Shown here one piece after another: positions 8,960 through 19,091 of a stretch of DNA of 55,173 nucleotides. Positions within the stretch are counted from its first letter, which is position 1; every line of letters starts with the position of its first letter. The notes beneath the pieces were generated by a model. The model was given only the letters and a program-made list of their open reading frames with translations, made no database searches and was not told the DNA's origin. Source of the stretch: a virus (taxonomy: Duplodnaviria > Caudoviricetes); the IMG/VR virus record IMGVR_UViG_3300048837_000354, positions 1-55,173 of that record; one strand, 5' to 3'. The translations under genes were made by a program, and so were the position numbers.

Positions 8960-10168
8960 TCAGGGTGGGGCTACGACACCTTCAAAAGCGAACGAGGCAA
9001 CGGTCACGCCGGCAGCGTCAGTAAGATGGTCGAACATCACCGAGTCGGTAGCCAACTCGGACAAGACCATGAAACTGATCCGCTTTACTTGCGAGGGCAC
9101 GACCTCAACTCCAAGGGAAGCGTTGATCGTCAGTACCTCGTTCGCCCCGGCTTCCGCCTCGGCGGTCACGCGGCGATAGTAGACGCTTCCGTCGTAAAGC
9201 TCAATCCGGAGGTCCCGGCGGCTTTCCTGGTGCTTCCCGAAGACCGTATAGCCGCACCACTGCACGGTCATGGCCGTGCTGCCAGAACCCAGGGTAGAGG
9301 CCAGCTTGAGGTCCTGCAGGTACGACGGCACCCAGATCGAGTGCTGCTTCCCGCGCAGAGCGTAGAAGACCGAACGCTGCAACGCGTGGTCGGTACGGTT
9401 GCGTGCCGTCCACTTGATGCTGGTCATCCGGAACGAGGTATCAGGGAAATCGAAGACCACCGGGATAGACGTGTCGTTGTCGACGATAGTGTTGATGCGG
9501 TCGAAAGATTGCGGGCGCGTCGAAGACCAGTCCGGCTTCACGTCCCACACCGGATAGCCCAGGTACTCGTCGGCGAACGTGTGCGCGGCCCAGTCACACG
9601 GTTCGCTGATCTCGAACGATACGAGCTTCGTACCCACGTCATCCGTGAGCAGCGTGGTGGACGGCGACACCAGCAGTCGACCGCGACGAAGCGGATAGAG
9701 GCGCGTGCCTTTCGGCCACGTGGACACGGTCGCCGCACCGAGGGTGATCTCGTCCGCCGCGATGCTCGTGATCTCGACGACCTCGAAGTTGAACTGGTTG
9801 AGGTCACCGCTTCGCAGCACGGCGTACTGGCCGAAGTCCCGGTTGACGGTGTCGCACGGAATCTCCGTCGACCCGGAAGCGAGCGTCGCCGAGAGGGATT
9901 GGCGGTCATGCCAGATCGGCAGCATGTACTCACGTGCGCCCCGGTCGTTCTCGATGTTGTCCATCAAGCGGCGGCCCGCACCGTGCGGGTGGACGGTGAA
10001 CTCGAACGCGCGGCGAGGCGACGTGCGGCGAGCGCGCTTCTGGCGAACACCCGTCAGCGACGGCCCACCGCCGATCACTTCGGTCTTGCACGTCAGGCTC
10101 TCGCGCACGCCGTTCTTCCAGTTCGGCAACAGAGGCCACACCACGAAACCGTCTTCCACGTAGGACAT
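8960..10168 (-). CDS. Distal tail-like protein
   Basis: 402 aa immediately after the tape measure; PNWKNGVRESL N-terminus. Confidence 0.7.
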   Translation of the reverse strand: MSYVEDGFVVWPLLPNWKNGVRESLTCKTEVIGGGPSLTGVRQKRARRTSPRRAFEFTVHPHGAGRRLMDNIENDRGAREYMLPIWHDRQSLSATLASGSTEIPCDTVNRDFGQYAVLRSGDLNQFNFEVVEITSIAADEITLGAATVSTWPKGTRLYPLRRGRLLVSPSTTLLTDDVGTKLVSFEISEPCDWAAHTFADEYLGYPVWDVKPDWSSTRPQSFDRINTIVDNDTSIPVVFDFPDTSFRMTSIKWTARNRTDHALQRSVFYALRGKQHSIWVPSYLQDLKLASTLGSGSTAMTVQWCGYTVFGKHQESRRDLRIELYDGSVYYRRVTAEAEAGANEVLTINASLGVEVVPSQVKRISFMVLSELATDSVMFDHLTDAAGVTVASFAFEGVVAPP

Positions 10169-10171
10169 CTT

Positions 10172-13100
10172 TTAGCTCCGGAGGCGTTGCTTGACGGCGG
10201 TGGCGTTCTTGCTGATCGCGTTGACCACGGCAGGCCCGAAGGCGGCGCTCTGCAGCACCATGCCCGCGACCTCGTTTTTGTCGAAGGTGTTGACGTTGGT
10301 GAGCTTGATGACCGGCGTACCGCCGCCACCGTTGTTGACGTGGCGCGGATCGTTCTCGGTGAGCACTTCCTCTCCTTTCTCAAGAATCGTCGCGACTTCG
10401 TTGCTCTTGACGCCGGCAACACCGCCGTCGTGGTGGCGCTTCGCGTTCTTCCAGGCGTCGGCCGGATACCAGCCAACGGCACCGTCGCGGCCGACGATAC
10501 CGCCGTCGTGGTTCTTGACACCCAGCGCACCAGCCACCGCAGCGCCGAAGCCACCTTTAGTGCCGTTGATCGCGTTCATTATCGCCTGCAGGATGATCGC
10601 CTGCAGAATCGCCTGCGCGATGCCCGCGAGGAAGTTCGACAGGAACGAGCGGAACGAGTTGAGCGCGTTGGTGAACGCGTCCTCGACACTGCCGACGCCC
10701 AGGATCAGATCGCCGAGGCCCTGCCCCAGAAGCACGATGGCGTCAGCCGCGCCGGACGCGAACTCGCCGCCCAGCTTCTCGCCGATCATCGACAGTTCGG
10801 ACTTGAGGGTCGTCGCTTCGAGCTTGGCGCTTTGCAGATCGAGGATCAGCTTCGGCACACCCAGGCGCGCGGAGATGTCGGGTGGCAGCGCCTCCAACAG
10901 TGCGATCAGCGCGTCGATGTTCTCGGCGATGCGCGCAGAGTATTGCTCCTGCACGGCCATCGCTTCGCGGCGCGCTTCGACTTCCGTCAGCAGGCCGAGT
11001 TGCTGCTTCGTGTTGATCGCGGCGATCTTCGCATCGCGTTCGTCGATCAGGTCATTGACGGACTTTTCGGCGATCTGCATTTCCTGCAGAAGAGAAGTTT
11101 CGTACGCGCGCTGGTTCAGCACCGACCGCAGCAAGTCCAACTTCTGCTGGGCTTCGGCGATGCCTGCGAGATCGGCCGCCGACGCCGTACCGCCGCCCGC
11201 CGTCGCGGAGTTCTGCGCCAAGCGGTCCAGTTCAAGTTGCTTCTCCGCGATCTGCGACTCGATGTTGCGGATCATCAGGTTGTAGTTGCGGTCGACTTCT
11301 TCCGCCGTTCGCGCTTCACCCTGCACGCGTGCGTCGTAAAGCTGCTGATCCAGGTCGAGCAGTTCTTTCTGCACCGCGCGTGCAGCGTTCGCCCGCGCGT
11401 TGGCGCTGGACTCTTCGCGCTTACGCGCGGCTTCCGCGTCACGCGCGGCCTTGCCGGGGTCCTCTTCGTCTTCGGTGCCGCTGCCACTGCCTGCCGCCGC
11501 TTTCGCTGCCGCAGCGTCTTCCTCTGCGCGCTTGCGTTCGGCTTCTGCTTCTTGCTCCGAAAGGCGTACACGCTTGGCCGCAGCAGCGTTGATCGTGTTC
11601 TGCAGCGCCGCTTGCTTGGACTTCTCTTCGGTGATCCGCTCTTCGACCATCTCCATCGTGTAGATGTTGTCCACGAACGCTTCGACGGGCGCGACGAGGT
11701 TCTTGTCGACGAAGCTACCTTTGGTCAGGCGGTCCCGAAGCGCGATCATGTCCTGCAGCGACTTGTTCGTCACTTCGAGTTGCGCCTCGGCTTCGCTGAC
11801 CGCGATGTCGAGATCGAAGGTGTCCGAAGCTTTCTCCACTTTGCTGAGCGTGTCGAGGAAAATCTCAGCCCGCTCGTTGGCCTTGTCCGCCGCGCGAGCA
11901 AGGCCCAGAAGCGCGCCGGCTGCGATACCCAGGGCGACGCCTACCGGGCCCAAGAGAAGGAGCAAGCCTCGCTGCGTGAGCGTGAGGGCTTTACCTGCCG
12001 TGTTGGCGGCTACCGTCGAGACGGTAAACGCTTTCATAAACTTCGTAGACGTGATCAGGCTCTTCGTGACTTGCCCGAACGCAACGGCGATACCGAAGAG
12101 CCCCTTGGCAACTTGCAGGCCGATGAACAACTTGGTCACCAGCACGAATTCGTCGAAGTAGGTGATCACGATCTGCAGCGCCTTGATCACCGTGGCGAAC
12201 GCGTCGCCAAGGTCGCGCGCAAACTTCGCGCCCTGCTCACCCTTGAGCGCGTCGGTCAGTTGCCGCACTGCCGTCTGCAGGGCTTCGGACGATCCGCTCT
12301 CCGCCACGAGCACGAGGAAGTCGTTGTACGCGGTCTTGAGCCGGTTGATGTCCGCGAAGAGCGTCTTCGAGCCTGCCTCGACGGACCCCTTCACGGTGTC
12401 CGCGTACTCCTTGAGGAAGTTCAGGAAGGACTGGACGTTGCCCTGCCCCTTCTTGAGGTACTCGTCGAGGTCGGAAAGCGCGAGGTCGTTGGCCTTGGCG
12501 AACGCCGCCACAGCGCCAGGGAGTCGGTCGCCCAACTGGCCGCGCAGTTCTTCGGCCTGCACTCGGGCCTTCGACATGATCTGCACGAACGCGCGGAACA
12601 CACCGTCTGCGTCTTCCGCCGTCAGCCGCATGCCGACGATGATCTCGGACGCCTGGGTGAAGGCTTCCTTGATGCCGTTGCTGCTGATACCGGCGGCCTT
12701 GCCGGAGATCGCGAAGTTGGCGAACTTCTTGGCGAGATCGTCGTACACCAGACCAAGGCGCTCGGCTTCGGCGCGGAGGAACCGCTGATCCTCGGCCGTG
12801 CGACGGAGGTCACCGCCATTCACCGTGCCGAGTTGCGCGTTGAGCGACGCACGCGTCTGCTGGGCCGTCATCGCCGACCCGAGAAGCCGCACGCCCTCGT
12901 AGAGGCCGACGTAGGCGGCTGCGACCTGCAACACCTGTCCACGGAGGCGCTGGTAGACGGACAGCGACTTACGGCCCGTGTCGGCGAAGAAGCCCTGTTC
13001 CTTGGACGCGCGCTGGACTTCGTTGCCGTAGCGACGGGTGGCGCTTGCCGCCGCGTTCGCCGCCGGCACCGTCTGCTGCAGCGTGCGGGTGTACCGCTCG

Positions 13101-13888
13101 TTGCCCGGACGGCTCAGGACCGCGTCGAGGCGCGCGGCGCGGTTGATCGACTCCTGCATCGCGGCGTTGCGCGCGTTGATCAGGTTGCGTTCTTTCGTGT
13201 AGTTGTCGAGGTTGGCGAAACCGGCGACCGCGTCCGCACGCCGCGCCGTCTGCCGCTGCGCCTGCTCGTTCGCGAACCGCTGCGCTTCGGCCAGTTTGCG
13301 TGCCGAGGCTGCAGCCTGGTCGCTCGCCGCGCCGAGGCGGTTGATCTGACCCACCTGGTCGATGGTCGCGGCCTGCGCCTTATTGAGCGTGGCCGAGACT
13401 TCGGAGAGTGCGGAGTCGAGCTTGTTGGTGTCGACGCCCAATTCGGTGAGCGAGGCCCCCAGCTTCTCGACTTGCGTGTCGGTGCGCTTGAAATCTTTTT
13501 CCGCCGCCGACAGTTCGGTGCGGACGTTCTTGATGGCCTTGTCGATGTCGCCGAGGAACGTGCCTCGGGTTTTCTCCTGCAGCAGGCCCGCAAGCTCCTT
13601 CCGGATCGCGTTGATCCGGTTCTTGGTGGCCGCGAGTTCGTTCTGCTTTCCGATCAGGTTCTCGATCACGTTGCGGCGACGGGTGAGGTCGCTCGTGATC
13701 TTCGCGAGTTCGCGCTGCTCGGCGTTGAGGTCTTTGAGGCTGCGCGTCGCGAGAGCGGAGGCGTCAGCCTGCCGCTCCTGCGTCTTGGTCAGCGCGTCGA
13801 GTTCCGCGTTGATGTCGCGGATGTCTTTGGACGCGCCCTGGTTCTTCGAGCGAATCCGAAGTTCGACATCACTGTTGCGCTTAGCCAT
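10172..13888 (-). CDS. Tape measure protein
   Basis: 1238 aa Ala-rich helical; tape-measure core motif QIMSKARVQAEELRGQLGDRLPGA; C-terminal HDGG motifs. Confidence 0.92.
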   Translation of the reverse strand: MAKRNSDVELRIRSKNQGASKDIRDINAELDALTKTQERQADASALATRSLKDLNAEQRELAKITSDLTRRRNVIENLIGKQNELAATKNRINAIRKELAGLLQEKTRGTFLGDIDKAIKNVRTELSAAEKDFKRTDTQVEKLGASLTELGVDTNKLDSALSEVSATLNKAQAATIDQVGQINRLGAASDQAAASARKLAEAQRFANEQAQRQTARRADAVAGFANLDNYTKERNLINARNAAMQESINRAARLDAVLSRPGNERYTRTLQQTVPAANAAASATRRYGNEVQRASKEQGFFADTGRKSLSVYQRLRGQVLQVAAAYVGLYEGVRLLGSAMTAQQTRASLNAQLGTVNGGDLRRTAEDQRFLRAEAERLGLVYDDLAKKFANFAISGKAAGISSNGIKEAFTQASEIIVGMRLTAEDADGVFRAFVQIMSKARVQAEELRGQLGDRLPGAVAAFAKANDLALSDLDEYLKKGQGNVQSFLNFLKEYADTVKGSVEAGSKTLFADINRLKTAYNDFLVLVAESGSSEALQTAVRQLTDALKGEQGAKFARDLGDAFATVIKALQIVITYFDEFVLVTKLFIGLQVAKGLFGIAVAFGQVTKSLITSTKFMKAFTVSTVAANTAGKALTLTQRGLLLLLGPVGVALGIAAGALLGLARAADKANERAEIFLDTLSKVEKASDTFDLDIAVSEAEAQLEVTNKSLQDMIALRDRLTKGSFVDKNLVAPVEAFVDNIYTMEMVEERITEEKSKQAALQNTINAAAAKRVRLSEQEAEAERKRAEEDAAAAKAAAGSGSGTEDEEDPGKAARDAEAARKREESSANARANAARAVQKELLDLDQQLYDARVQGEARTAEEVDRNYNLMIRNIESQIAEKQLELDRLAQNSATAGGGTASAADLAGIAEAQQKLDLLRSVLNQRAYETSLLQEMQIAEKSVNDLIDERDAKIAAINTKQQLGLLTEVEARREAMAVQEQYSARIAENIDALIALLEALPPDISARLGVPKLILDLQSAKLEATTLKSELSMIGEKLGGEFASGAADAIVLLGQGLGDLILGVGSVEDAFTNALNSFRSFLSNFLAGIAQAILQAIILQAIMNAINGTKGGFGAAVAGALGVKNHDGGIVGRDGAVGWYPADAWKNAKRHHDGGVAGVKSNEVATILEKGEEVLTENDPRHVNNGGGGTPVIKLTNVNTFDKNEVAGMVLQSAAFGPAVVNAISKNATAVKQRLRS

Positions 13889-14210
13889 CGGATAGACCCT
13901 TCAAGAAGTCGGAAAACATCTTGCCGGCTTTTTGGGCGGCCGACTTAGCCTTCTTGCCTTGCTTCGGTGTAGCGGCTATCGCAACGACGAACCGGGAGAT
14001 GGTCTGGCGTGTAAGCTCCCGGTCCATCAACTTCTTTGCTACCGCAGCTTCGCTCCACACGTACCAGACCGGATAGAAGTCTGCGTTGACGTGGCCTCGC
14101 GATTTCAGCAGCGAGACCGTCTCGGGTAGATGCCTCAACCAGCCGAGGCGTTCTTGCCGGGAAGGCGCTGGCCGGTCTTGCTCTGCCCGACCAGCGCCAT
14201 CACGTTTCCC
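13881..14210 (-). CDS. Tail assembly chaperone, -1 frameshift extension (GT-like)
   Basis: Open -1 frame from slippery G GGA AAC at 14204-14210 to the stop at 13881. Confidence 0.7.
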   Translation of the reverse strand, partial: GKRDGAGRAEQDRPAPSRQERLGWLRHLPETVSLLKSRGHVNADFYPVWYVWSEAAVAKKLMDRELTRQTISRFVVAIAATPKQGKKAKSAAQKAGKMFSDFLKGLSDG

Positions 14211-14623
14211 AGGAAGCGCCGGAACGCGGGCGGGTCCACGAACGTCATCCGGGCGATCTCCTGCACGATCTCGAACTGCAGGGGGATGACGAAGTTGTCC
14301 CGCACGTGCTGCCAGCTTTCGGGAGAATCGCACGCCACCGCCACCACTTTCGCGATCAGGTCCGGAACCTTCATCACGATCTGGCCGAACGAAGCCATGT
14401 CGCTCTGCAGAGCATCGGCCACGGCATCCGCCGTGACCGCGCCCGTCTCAGCGACGGCTCCCGCTTTCTCCGCGAGCGACGACAGGACAGTGTCCGCGTC
14501 GACCGGGTTCTCAGCGATGACCTTGATGATGTCATGCGGCGTGAGGCCCCGCACGACACACACCGACTGGTCCTGCCAGGTGATTTCTTTCCGTTCAAGT
14601 ACGAAGCTGGTATTGATGGACAT
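14135..14623 (-). CDS. Tail assembly chaperone (G-like)
   Basis: Lies between the major tail and tape measure genes; contains the slippery heptamer. Confidence 0.8.
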   Translation of the reverse strand: MSINTSFVLERKEITWQDQSVCVVRGLTPHDIIKVIAENPVDADTVLSSLAEKAGAVAETGAVTADAVADALQSDMASFGQIVMKVPDLIAKVVAVACDSPESWQHVRDNFVIPLQFEIVQEIARMTFVDPPAFRRFLGNVMALVGQSKTGQRLPGKNASAG

Positions 14624-14659
14624 GCGATTCTTCCCTAGGTTTCACAGGTGAGCGGAGGC

Positions 14660-15445
14660 TTAGATGCCTTCGCCCGGCCGACCGTTGATGTAGACGGCCG
14701 GGGTGTTGTCGTCGAGCTTGAGAATCTCGAACGAGAACGGCAGTTCCTGCCACTCTTCGCCCTTCATCTCGAAGTCGCCGTCCGGACGAATCTGGACGTA
14801 CGGCATGAAGTAGTCCTGCTTGAGGCCCTTCGCGTTGTTGGACTTGAGGTACAGCGCGCCGTAGATTTCCGCGTTGTCCGAGGACACGACGCGGTTGTAC
14901 GAGGTCGCGACCAGGTCGTACTCGACATCGACATCGTCGCCGTCGGCGATGGTGCCGCCTTCGAGGATGATCAGGCCGCCGTCCGTCAGGTCGACGGTGT
15001 AGTCGACGCCCGCCGTCTTCGCCACGGTGGCGACTTCGACGACGACGTTCGCCAGGCCGCGCACGCCGGCCGGGACCGAGGGGGTCGCGCCGATCTGGTA
15101 ACGGCGACCCTTCTGCGCGTCGGTGATCGCGTAGGTCAGACCGGCGGAGCCGCCCTGCACCACGACGGAGTCCTCGCCCAGGAAGAAGAGGGCCAGGTTC
15201 TCGGGGGAGATGTGATCGGTGGTGAACGAGCCGTTGCGGTTGAGTTCGAGCACGACGGAGTCATCCTTGGTGCGGATGCCGTTGTCGGCGTCGAAGTGGT
15301 CGAGGGTTTCCGACTCCGAGTTCTTGCTCAGCGCCGGCGTGTTGCCGAAGTAACGCTGGCCGGTGCCGACCTTGGTGCCGGCGGCGAACTTGTCGAAGAA
15401 AACCTTGTAGCTGCCGAGGGTGTAGTTCTTTTCGGGGAAAGCCAT
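14660..15445 (-). CDS. Major tail protein
   Basis: 261 aa, strong codon bias, RBS AGGAG, RYFGNTP motif, synteny. Confidence 0.8.
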   Translation of the reverse strand: MAFPEKNYTLGSYKVFFDKFAAGTKVGTGQRYFGNTPALSKNSESETLDHFDADNGIRTKDDSVVLELNRNGSFTTDHISPENLALFFLGEDSVVVQGGSAGLTYAITDAQKGRRYQIGATPSVPAGVRGLANVVVEVATVAKTAGVDYTVDLTDGGLIILEGGTIADGDDVDVEYDLVATSYNRVVSSDNAEIYGALYLKSNNAKGLKQDYFMPYVQIRPDGDFEMKGEEWQELPFSFEILKLDDNTPAVYINGRPGEGI

Positions 15446-15487
15446 GATGGTGCTCCTGTTGTCTGGCCTTGACCTTGTTGCGTTTCG

Positions 15488-16018
15488 TCAGCGACGGTCA
15501 AAGGGGTCGCTGACGTTCTCAGTGAACTTGAGGATGACACGCATCCAAAAGTAAGCAAGCGACGAGTTCTCGTCCGGCGGACGAACCGTACCGGGCTCGA
15601 ACTCGATGCCAGCGATCAGCCCATCCAGCATGTAGTTTGCATGCACGGACTGGTCCGCGTCCATCGGGTGCGGGCCTTGGCCGATTTTAGCCAGGGCCTT
15701 CTTCACGTCGGCCATAAGCTGCTCGGCTGGATCAGTGGGGTTGACCTTGTCGTCCTTGGCCCAGCCATTGATCAGCAGAATCCAGTTCGACTTGGCTTCG
15801 CCGTCGCCCGTGTCTTCGTTGCCGGCGCGAACCGGGAAACGGTCAGAGTTGATGTTGTCGAGGATCGAGACGCACGGGACCGGGTCGTCCTTGTCGAAGA
15901 ACATGCGGCCACGGAACACCGCGCCTGCCAGGTCGTGCTGGTAGTCGTTGGCGACGGCCACTTCGTCGCTCAGGTGTTGCGTCAGGGCTTTCAATGTTGC
16001 GAGGCGCTTACTGTCCAC
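15488..16018 (-). CDS. Tail terminator-like protein
   Basis: 176 aa, directly upstream of the major tail gene. Confidence 0.65.
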   Translation of the reverse strand: MDSKRLATLKALTQHLSDEVAVANDYQHDLAGAVFRGRMFFDKDDPVPCVSILDNINSDRFPVRAGNEDTGDGEAKSNWILLINGWAKDDKVNPTDPAEQLMADVKKALAKIGQGPHPMDADQSVHANYMLDGLIAGIEFEPGTVRPPDENSSLAYFWMRVILKFTENVSDPFDRR

Positions 16019-16640
16019 GGCTCAACCTCTCGAATTGACGGACGAAGTCGGAAGCCAGCTTGTCGCTGACCTCGGCCAACATCTCCACGGCGACATCGTC
16101 GAATACCTGCGCCACCGACGGCCCGTAGAGCAGATACAGGTTGCCGCCGATGTTGCGCATGCGCTTCTTGTTCTCGATCCTCTCGCCTTTGCGAAGACGG
16201 ATCGCGAGGCCGACGTTATAGTTCTCGCCCGTGATGTCGCTGTTGCCACGGCGAAGCTTCATAAAGAACGCACGTGGCATCGCCTTCGTGCTTCCCGGCG
16301 ACACCTTGACGCGCACACCCCCGCGACGCCGGCCGAACGTCGGCTGCGTCGTCGCGAAGCGGGCGAGAGAGGTTGGCATCTCGCGCGCCCGGAGCACGGC
16401 GTCGTCTTCGCCGGTCTTGGCGTACTTCGAGATGGCGAGCGCGCCGTCGTCGCTGTCGTCGCTGCCCAGGTAGCCGGCTTTGAAGTTCACCTGAGACCGG
16501 ACTCGCTTAGAGCCAGTGCGACGGGCAAAGCGGATCGTGTCGTTGATAGAGAGGCGAGCAGCTTCGTCAGCGATCTCGGGCATCTGCTCGAACATCGCGC
16601 GAAGCGCATCCAGTCCTCGGGCTTCGACCGTGAGCGTCAC
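16008..16640 (-). CDS. Neck / tail completion protein (lambda Z-like)
   Basis: Basic 210 aa protein ending LYGPSVAQVF; synteny. Confidence 0.65.
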   Translation of the reverse strand: MTLTVEARGLDALRAMFEQMPEIADEAARLSINDTIRFARRTGSKRVRSQVNFKAGYLGSDDSDDGALAISKYAKTGEDDAVLRAREMPTSLARFATTQPTFGRRRGGVRVKVSPGSTKAMPRAFFMKLRRGNSDITGENYNVGLAIRLRKGERIENKKRMRNIGGNLYLLYGPSVAQVFDDVAVEMLAEVSDKLASDFVRQFERLSRGQ

Positions 16641-16993
16641 TGCTGCGTTACCTCAGTGCGGATGTAGCGATTGCCGTCAGCCGCCGTGACATTGACCACG
16701 TCGTACTTGCGGACTTGACCGACAATCGGCTCGTGCAAATTGTTCACTGCGAAGTCAAGCACGCCACCCTTCTTAGGCACGACTTCCGTGCTGTCAAAGA
16801 TGGCCTGGTTGACTTCCTCGAATCGCTTGGCGTAGCCCTCGCGATCAAGGTCTCCGTAGACTTCGAGCTTGTTGTGCAGGCGAACCCACACGTTCGTCGT
16901 CGTCACTCCGTCAGGAGCGGTGTAGATCGCCGGATAGCGGAACATGTTGTGGACGATGTCTCGCGACCGCGCCCTCGTTGCGTTCCAGTCCAT
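16637..16993 (-). CDS. Head-tail joining protein
   Basis: 118 aa, RBS AAAGGGAG, synteny. Confidence 0.6.
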   Translation of the reverse strand: MDWNATRARSRDIVHNMFRYPAIYTAPDGVTTTNVWVRLHNKLEVYGDLDREGYAKRFEEVNQAIFDSTEVVPKKGGVLDFAVNNLHEPIVGQVRKYDVVNVTAADGNRYIRTEVTQQ

Positions 16994-17025
16994 CCGGCGA
17001 TCTCCCTTTCAGCAGTTGCGGTTGA

Positions 17026-17406
17026 TTACTTCTTGCCGCCGGCCTTGCCGTCGGTCTTGCCGTCGTCTGCCGCACCATCGGTGATGGTCTTGATCGTCTC
17101 GGCCTTCTGGTCGGCATCGGGCGCGTTCGGATCGGAGACGACCGCTCCGGCGCTCGCGACACCCACGGCGTAGCCTGCCGGCGACACCGGCTTGCCATCA
17201 GCATCGACGGCGGGCTTGAACTTCTTGGGCGGGTTCACCGGGCGGATCGCGCCCTGGGCGAGCAGCGACTTGACCAGGTCGGCGTTGTCGCTGTCGAACG
17301 TCTGGCCGGGCTTGACCTCGACCGAAGGACCGGGCTTGCCGTCCTTCTTCGGGCCGTCGACCACAAGCACGTTGACGGCGATGAAGCGGTCTTTCTGCGT
17401 GGACAT
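17026..17406 (-). CDS. Hypothetical protein after the capsid gene (FI-like position)
   Basis: 126 aa, low-complexity C-terminus, strong codon bias. Confidence 0.65.
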   Translation of the reverse strand: MSTQKDRFIAVNVLVVDGPKKDGKPGPSVEVKPGQTFDSDNADLVKSLLAQGAIRPVNPPKKFKPAVDADGKPVSPAGYAVGVASAGAVVSDPNAPDADQKAETIKTITDGAADDGKTDGKAGGKK

Positions 17407-17445
17407 GATGCGTGTACTCCGTGAAAGGTAGGGACTGTTGTCAGA

Positions 17446-17473
17446 GTCCCGCCGCCCATACGAGCGGCGGGAC
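17446..17473. other. GC-rich hairpin after the major capsid gene
   Basis: GTCCCGCCGC-N8-GCGGCGGGAC, without a clear U-tract. Confidence 0.5.
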
Positions 17474-17485
17474 GGCCGAAGCCGA

Positions 17486-18523
17486 TTACGCCAGGTTGTT
17501 GACGGTGGCCTTGAGGGTGGCGTCCGGGCGCATCGGGATCATCAGCGGCGCGGACTGGGTCATCAGGAACAGACCCGACGGGTCTTCCTGCTCCCACATC
17601 TTCGGGAAGATGGGGGTCGGCGACCAGTTGGCCTTGCGGTCCATGATGGCACCGAAGGCGCGCACGCCCTGCACGGCCGGCGAGGTCAGGACCACATCGT
17701 CGGTGGACATGAACGCGACGTTCGCGCCGTTGTTGTCCTCGTAGATGTCGTTGTAGGTCCAGACTTCCAGGCCGTTGCTGGTGAGCGTGCCACGGTACTG
17801 CGCGGCCTGCCCGTTGCCGGGGCCGGTTTCCAGGCGGTTCTCGGAACCACGGCGGGTTTCGAGCATCAACTGGACATCGGCGTGGCGGTAGAACGAACGC
17901 CACGCGGCCAGGCCCATCGTGATGCGCGTCACGATGCTGCCGGTGCGCTGGTGGACTTCCGTCATCCAGTTGTCCAGGTCGACGAGCGGGGTGCCCGTGG
18001 ACTGCGACCAGCGCGCCGTGCCCGTCAGGTTCTTGGTGTGATCGGCGTGACGGCCGAAGCCCACCTGGACGCGCGGGTAGTTCTCGCCCTGGATGATCAC
18101 GGAGCCGTCGATGATCGCGCGGGCGGCCATCCACTCCCAGCGGCGATAGATGCCGTTGCGGTGTTCGAGCAGGATGTCCGCGATGATCGCGTCCTCGCGC
18201 TGCTTCGGCGACATCTCGCCGCCCAGGCGCTCGCCGGCCATGCGCTGCAGCAGACGCGCCGGGTCGATGGGGTCCTTGGGCTTGATGTACGACGGCTTGA
18301 ACTTGCGGATGGACGTGCCGCGCTGGACCATCGGCTGGCCCTGCACGTTGGGCGCGACGAACGGGGCCAGACGGCGGCCCTTGTCGACCAGGTCGAAGTC
18401 GATGAACTCCGACTCCGACAGGTGCTCACGCGGGAAGCAGAGCGACAGCCAGTAGTCGGGGACCGGGTGGAACGTGTTGACCACGCCGATGAGGTCGTGG
18501 GTTTCGACGATCTCGAAAGCCAT
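17486..18523 (-). CDS. Major capsid protein (lambda E family)
   Basis: LAPFVAP, FKPSYIKPK, RRWEWMAA and MTQSAPL motifs; RBS AGGAG. Confidence 0.92.
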   Translation of the reverse strand: MAFEIVETHDLIGVVNTFHPVPDYWLSLCFPREHLSESEFIDFDLVDKGRRLAPFVAPNVQGQPMVQRGTSIRKFKPSYIKPKDPIDPARLLQRMAGERLGGEMSPKQREDAIIADILLEHRNGIYRRWEWMAARAIIDGSVIIQGENYPRVQVGFGRHADHTKNLTGTARWSQSTGTPLVDLDNWMTEVHQRTGSIVTRITMGLAAWRSFYRHADVQLMLETRRGSENRLETGPGNGQAAQYRGTLTSNGLEVWTYNDIYEDNNGANVAFMSTDDVVLTSPAVQGVRAFGAIMDRKANWSPTPIFPKMWEQEDPSGLFLMTQSAPLMIPMRPDATLKATVNNLA

Positions 18524-18583
18524 TTGAATCTCTCCTGTGTTGCGAAGGGTGGGGTGTTCTCGTAGCTAGGCTTCGAGAGCGGA

Positions 18584-19033
18584 TCAGTCCGCGACTTCCG
18601 GCGGGGCTTCCGCACCGACACGAAGGCCGGTCTGCAGCACACGCGAACCGCTGTAGAGCAGCTTGCGGAAGGTGATGTTCGAGTTGGCACCCGCGATGTT
18701 GCAGGCCAGGTCGACCTGTTCCTCGCTGGTGCTGGCCGGCCAGGCGATGGCGTCGATGTTGAAGCAGCCGCCGGTGTAGAGCGCGGCACGCTGCGGCACG
18801 GCGAGGTCGGGGATCGCATACGCGGTGATCGCCGAGATCGGGTCGCCCGGAGCCCACGCCTTGTAGAGGCCGTCGGCTTCGTCGAACGACAGCGGCACGT
18901 ACTGCGCGAACGCGCCCTGCGACGCCGGGAAGTGCTTGTCCAGGGTGGCGACGGCCGGAACGTCACCCGCGAAAAGCTGCGGGACCGTGATGTCTTCCGC
19001 GCCGGGACCCTGCGCGATGTGGATGGTGGACAT
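18584..19033 (-). CDS. Head decoration protein (lambda D-like)
   Basis: YTGGCFNIDAIAWP motif; between the protease and capsid genes. Confidence 0.8.
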   Translation of the reverse strand: MSTIHIAQGPGAEDITVPQLFAGDVPAVATLDKHFPASQGAFAQYVPLSFDEADGLYKAWAPGDPISAITAYAIPDLAVPQRAALYTGGCFNIDAIAWPASTSEEQVDLACNIAGANSNITFRKLLYSGSRVLQTGLRVGAEAPPEVAD

Positions 19034-19091
19034 ATTCTTTTCTCCAAAACGGGTTGAGGGGTTTTACTACTGCGGTAGCCGCCGGCCGAAG

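Noticed and set aside
8084-13948. 1954-aa plus-strand ORF
   Set aside because: Antisense shadow of the tail genes. GC-rich codon bias removes stops on the opposite strand, and the translation has no recognisable motifs.
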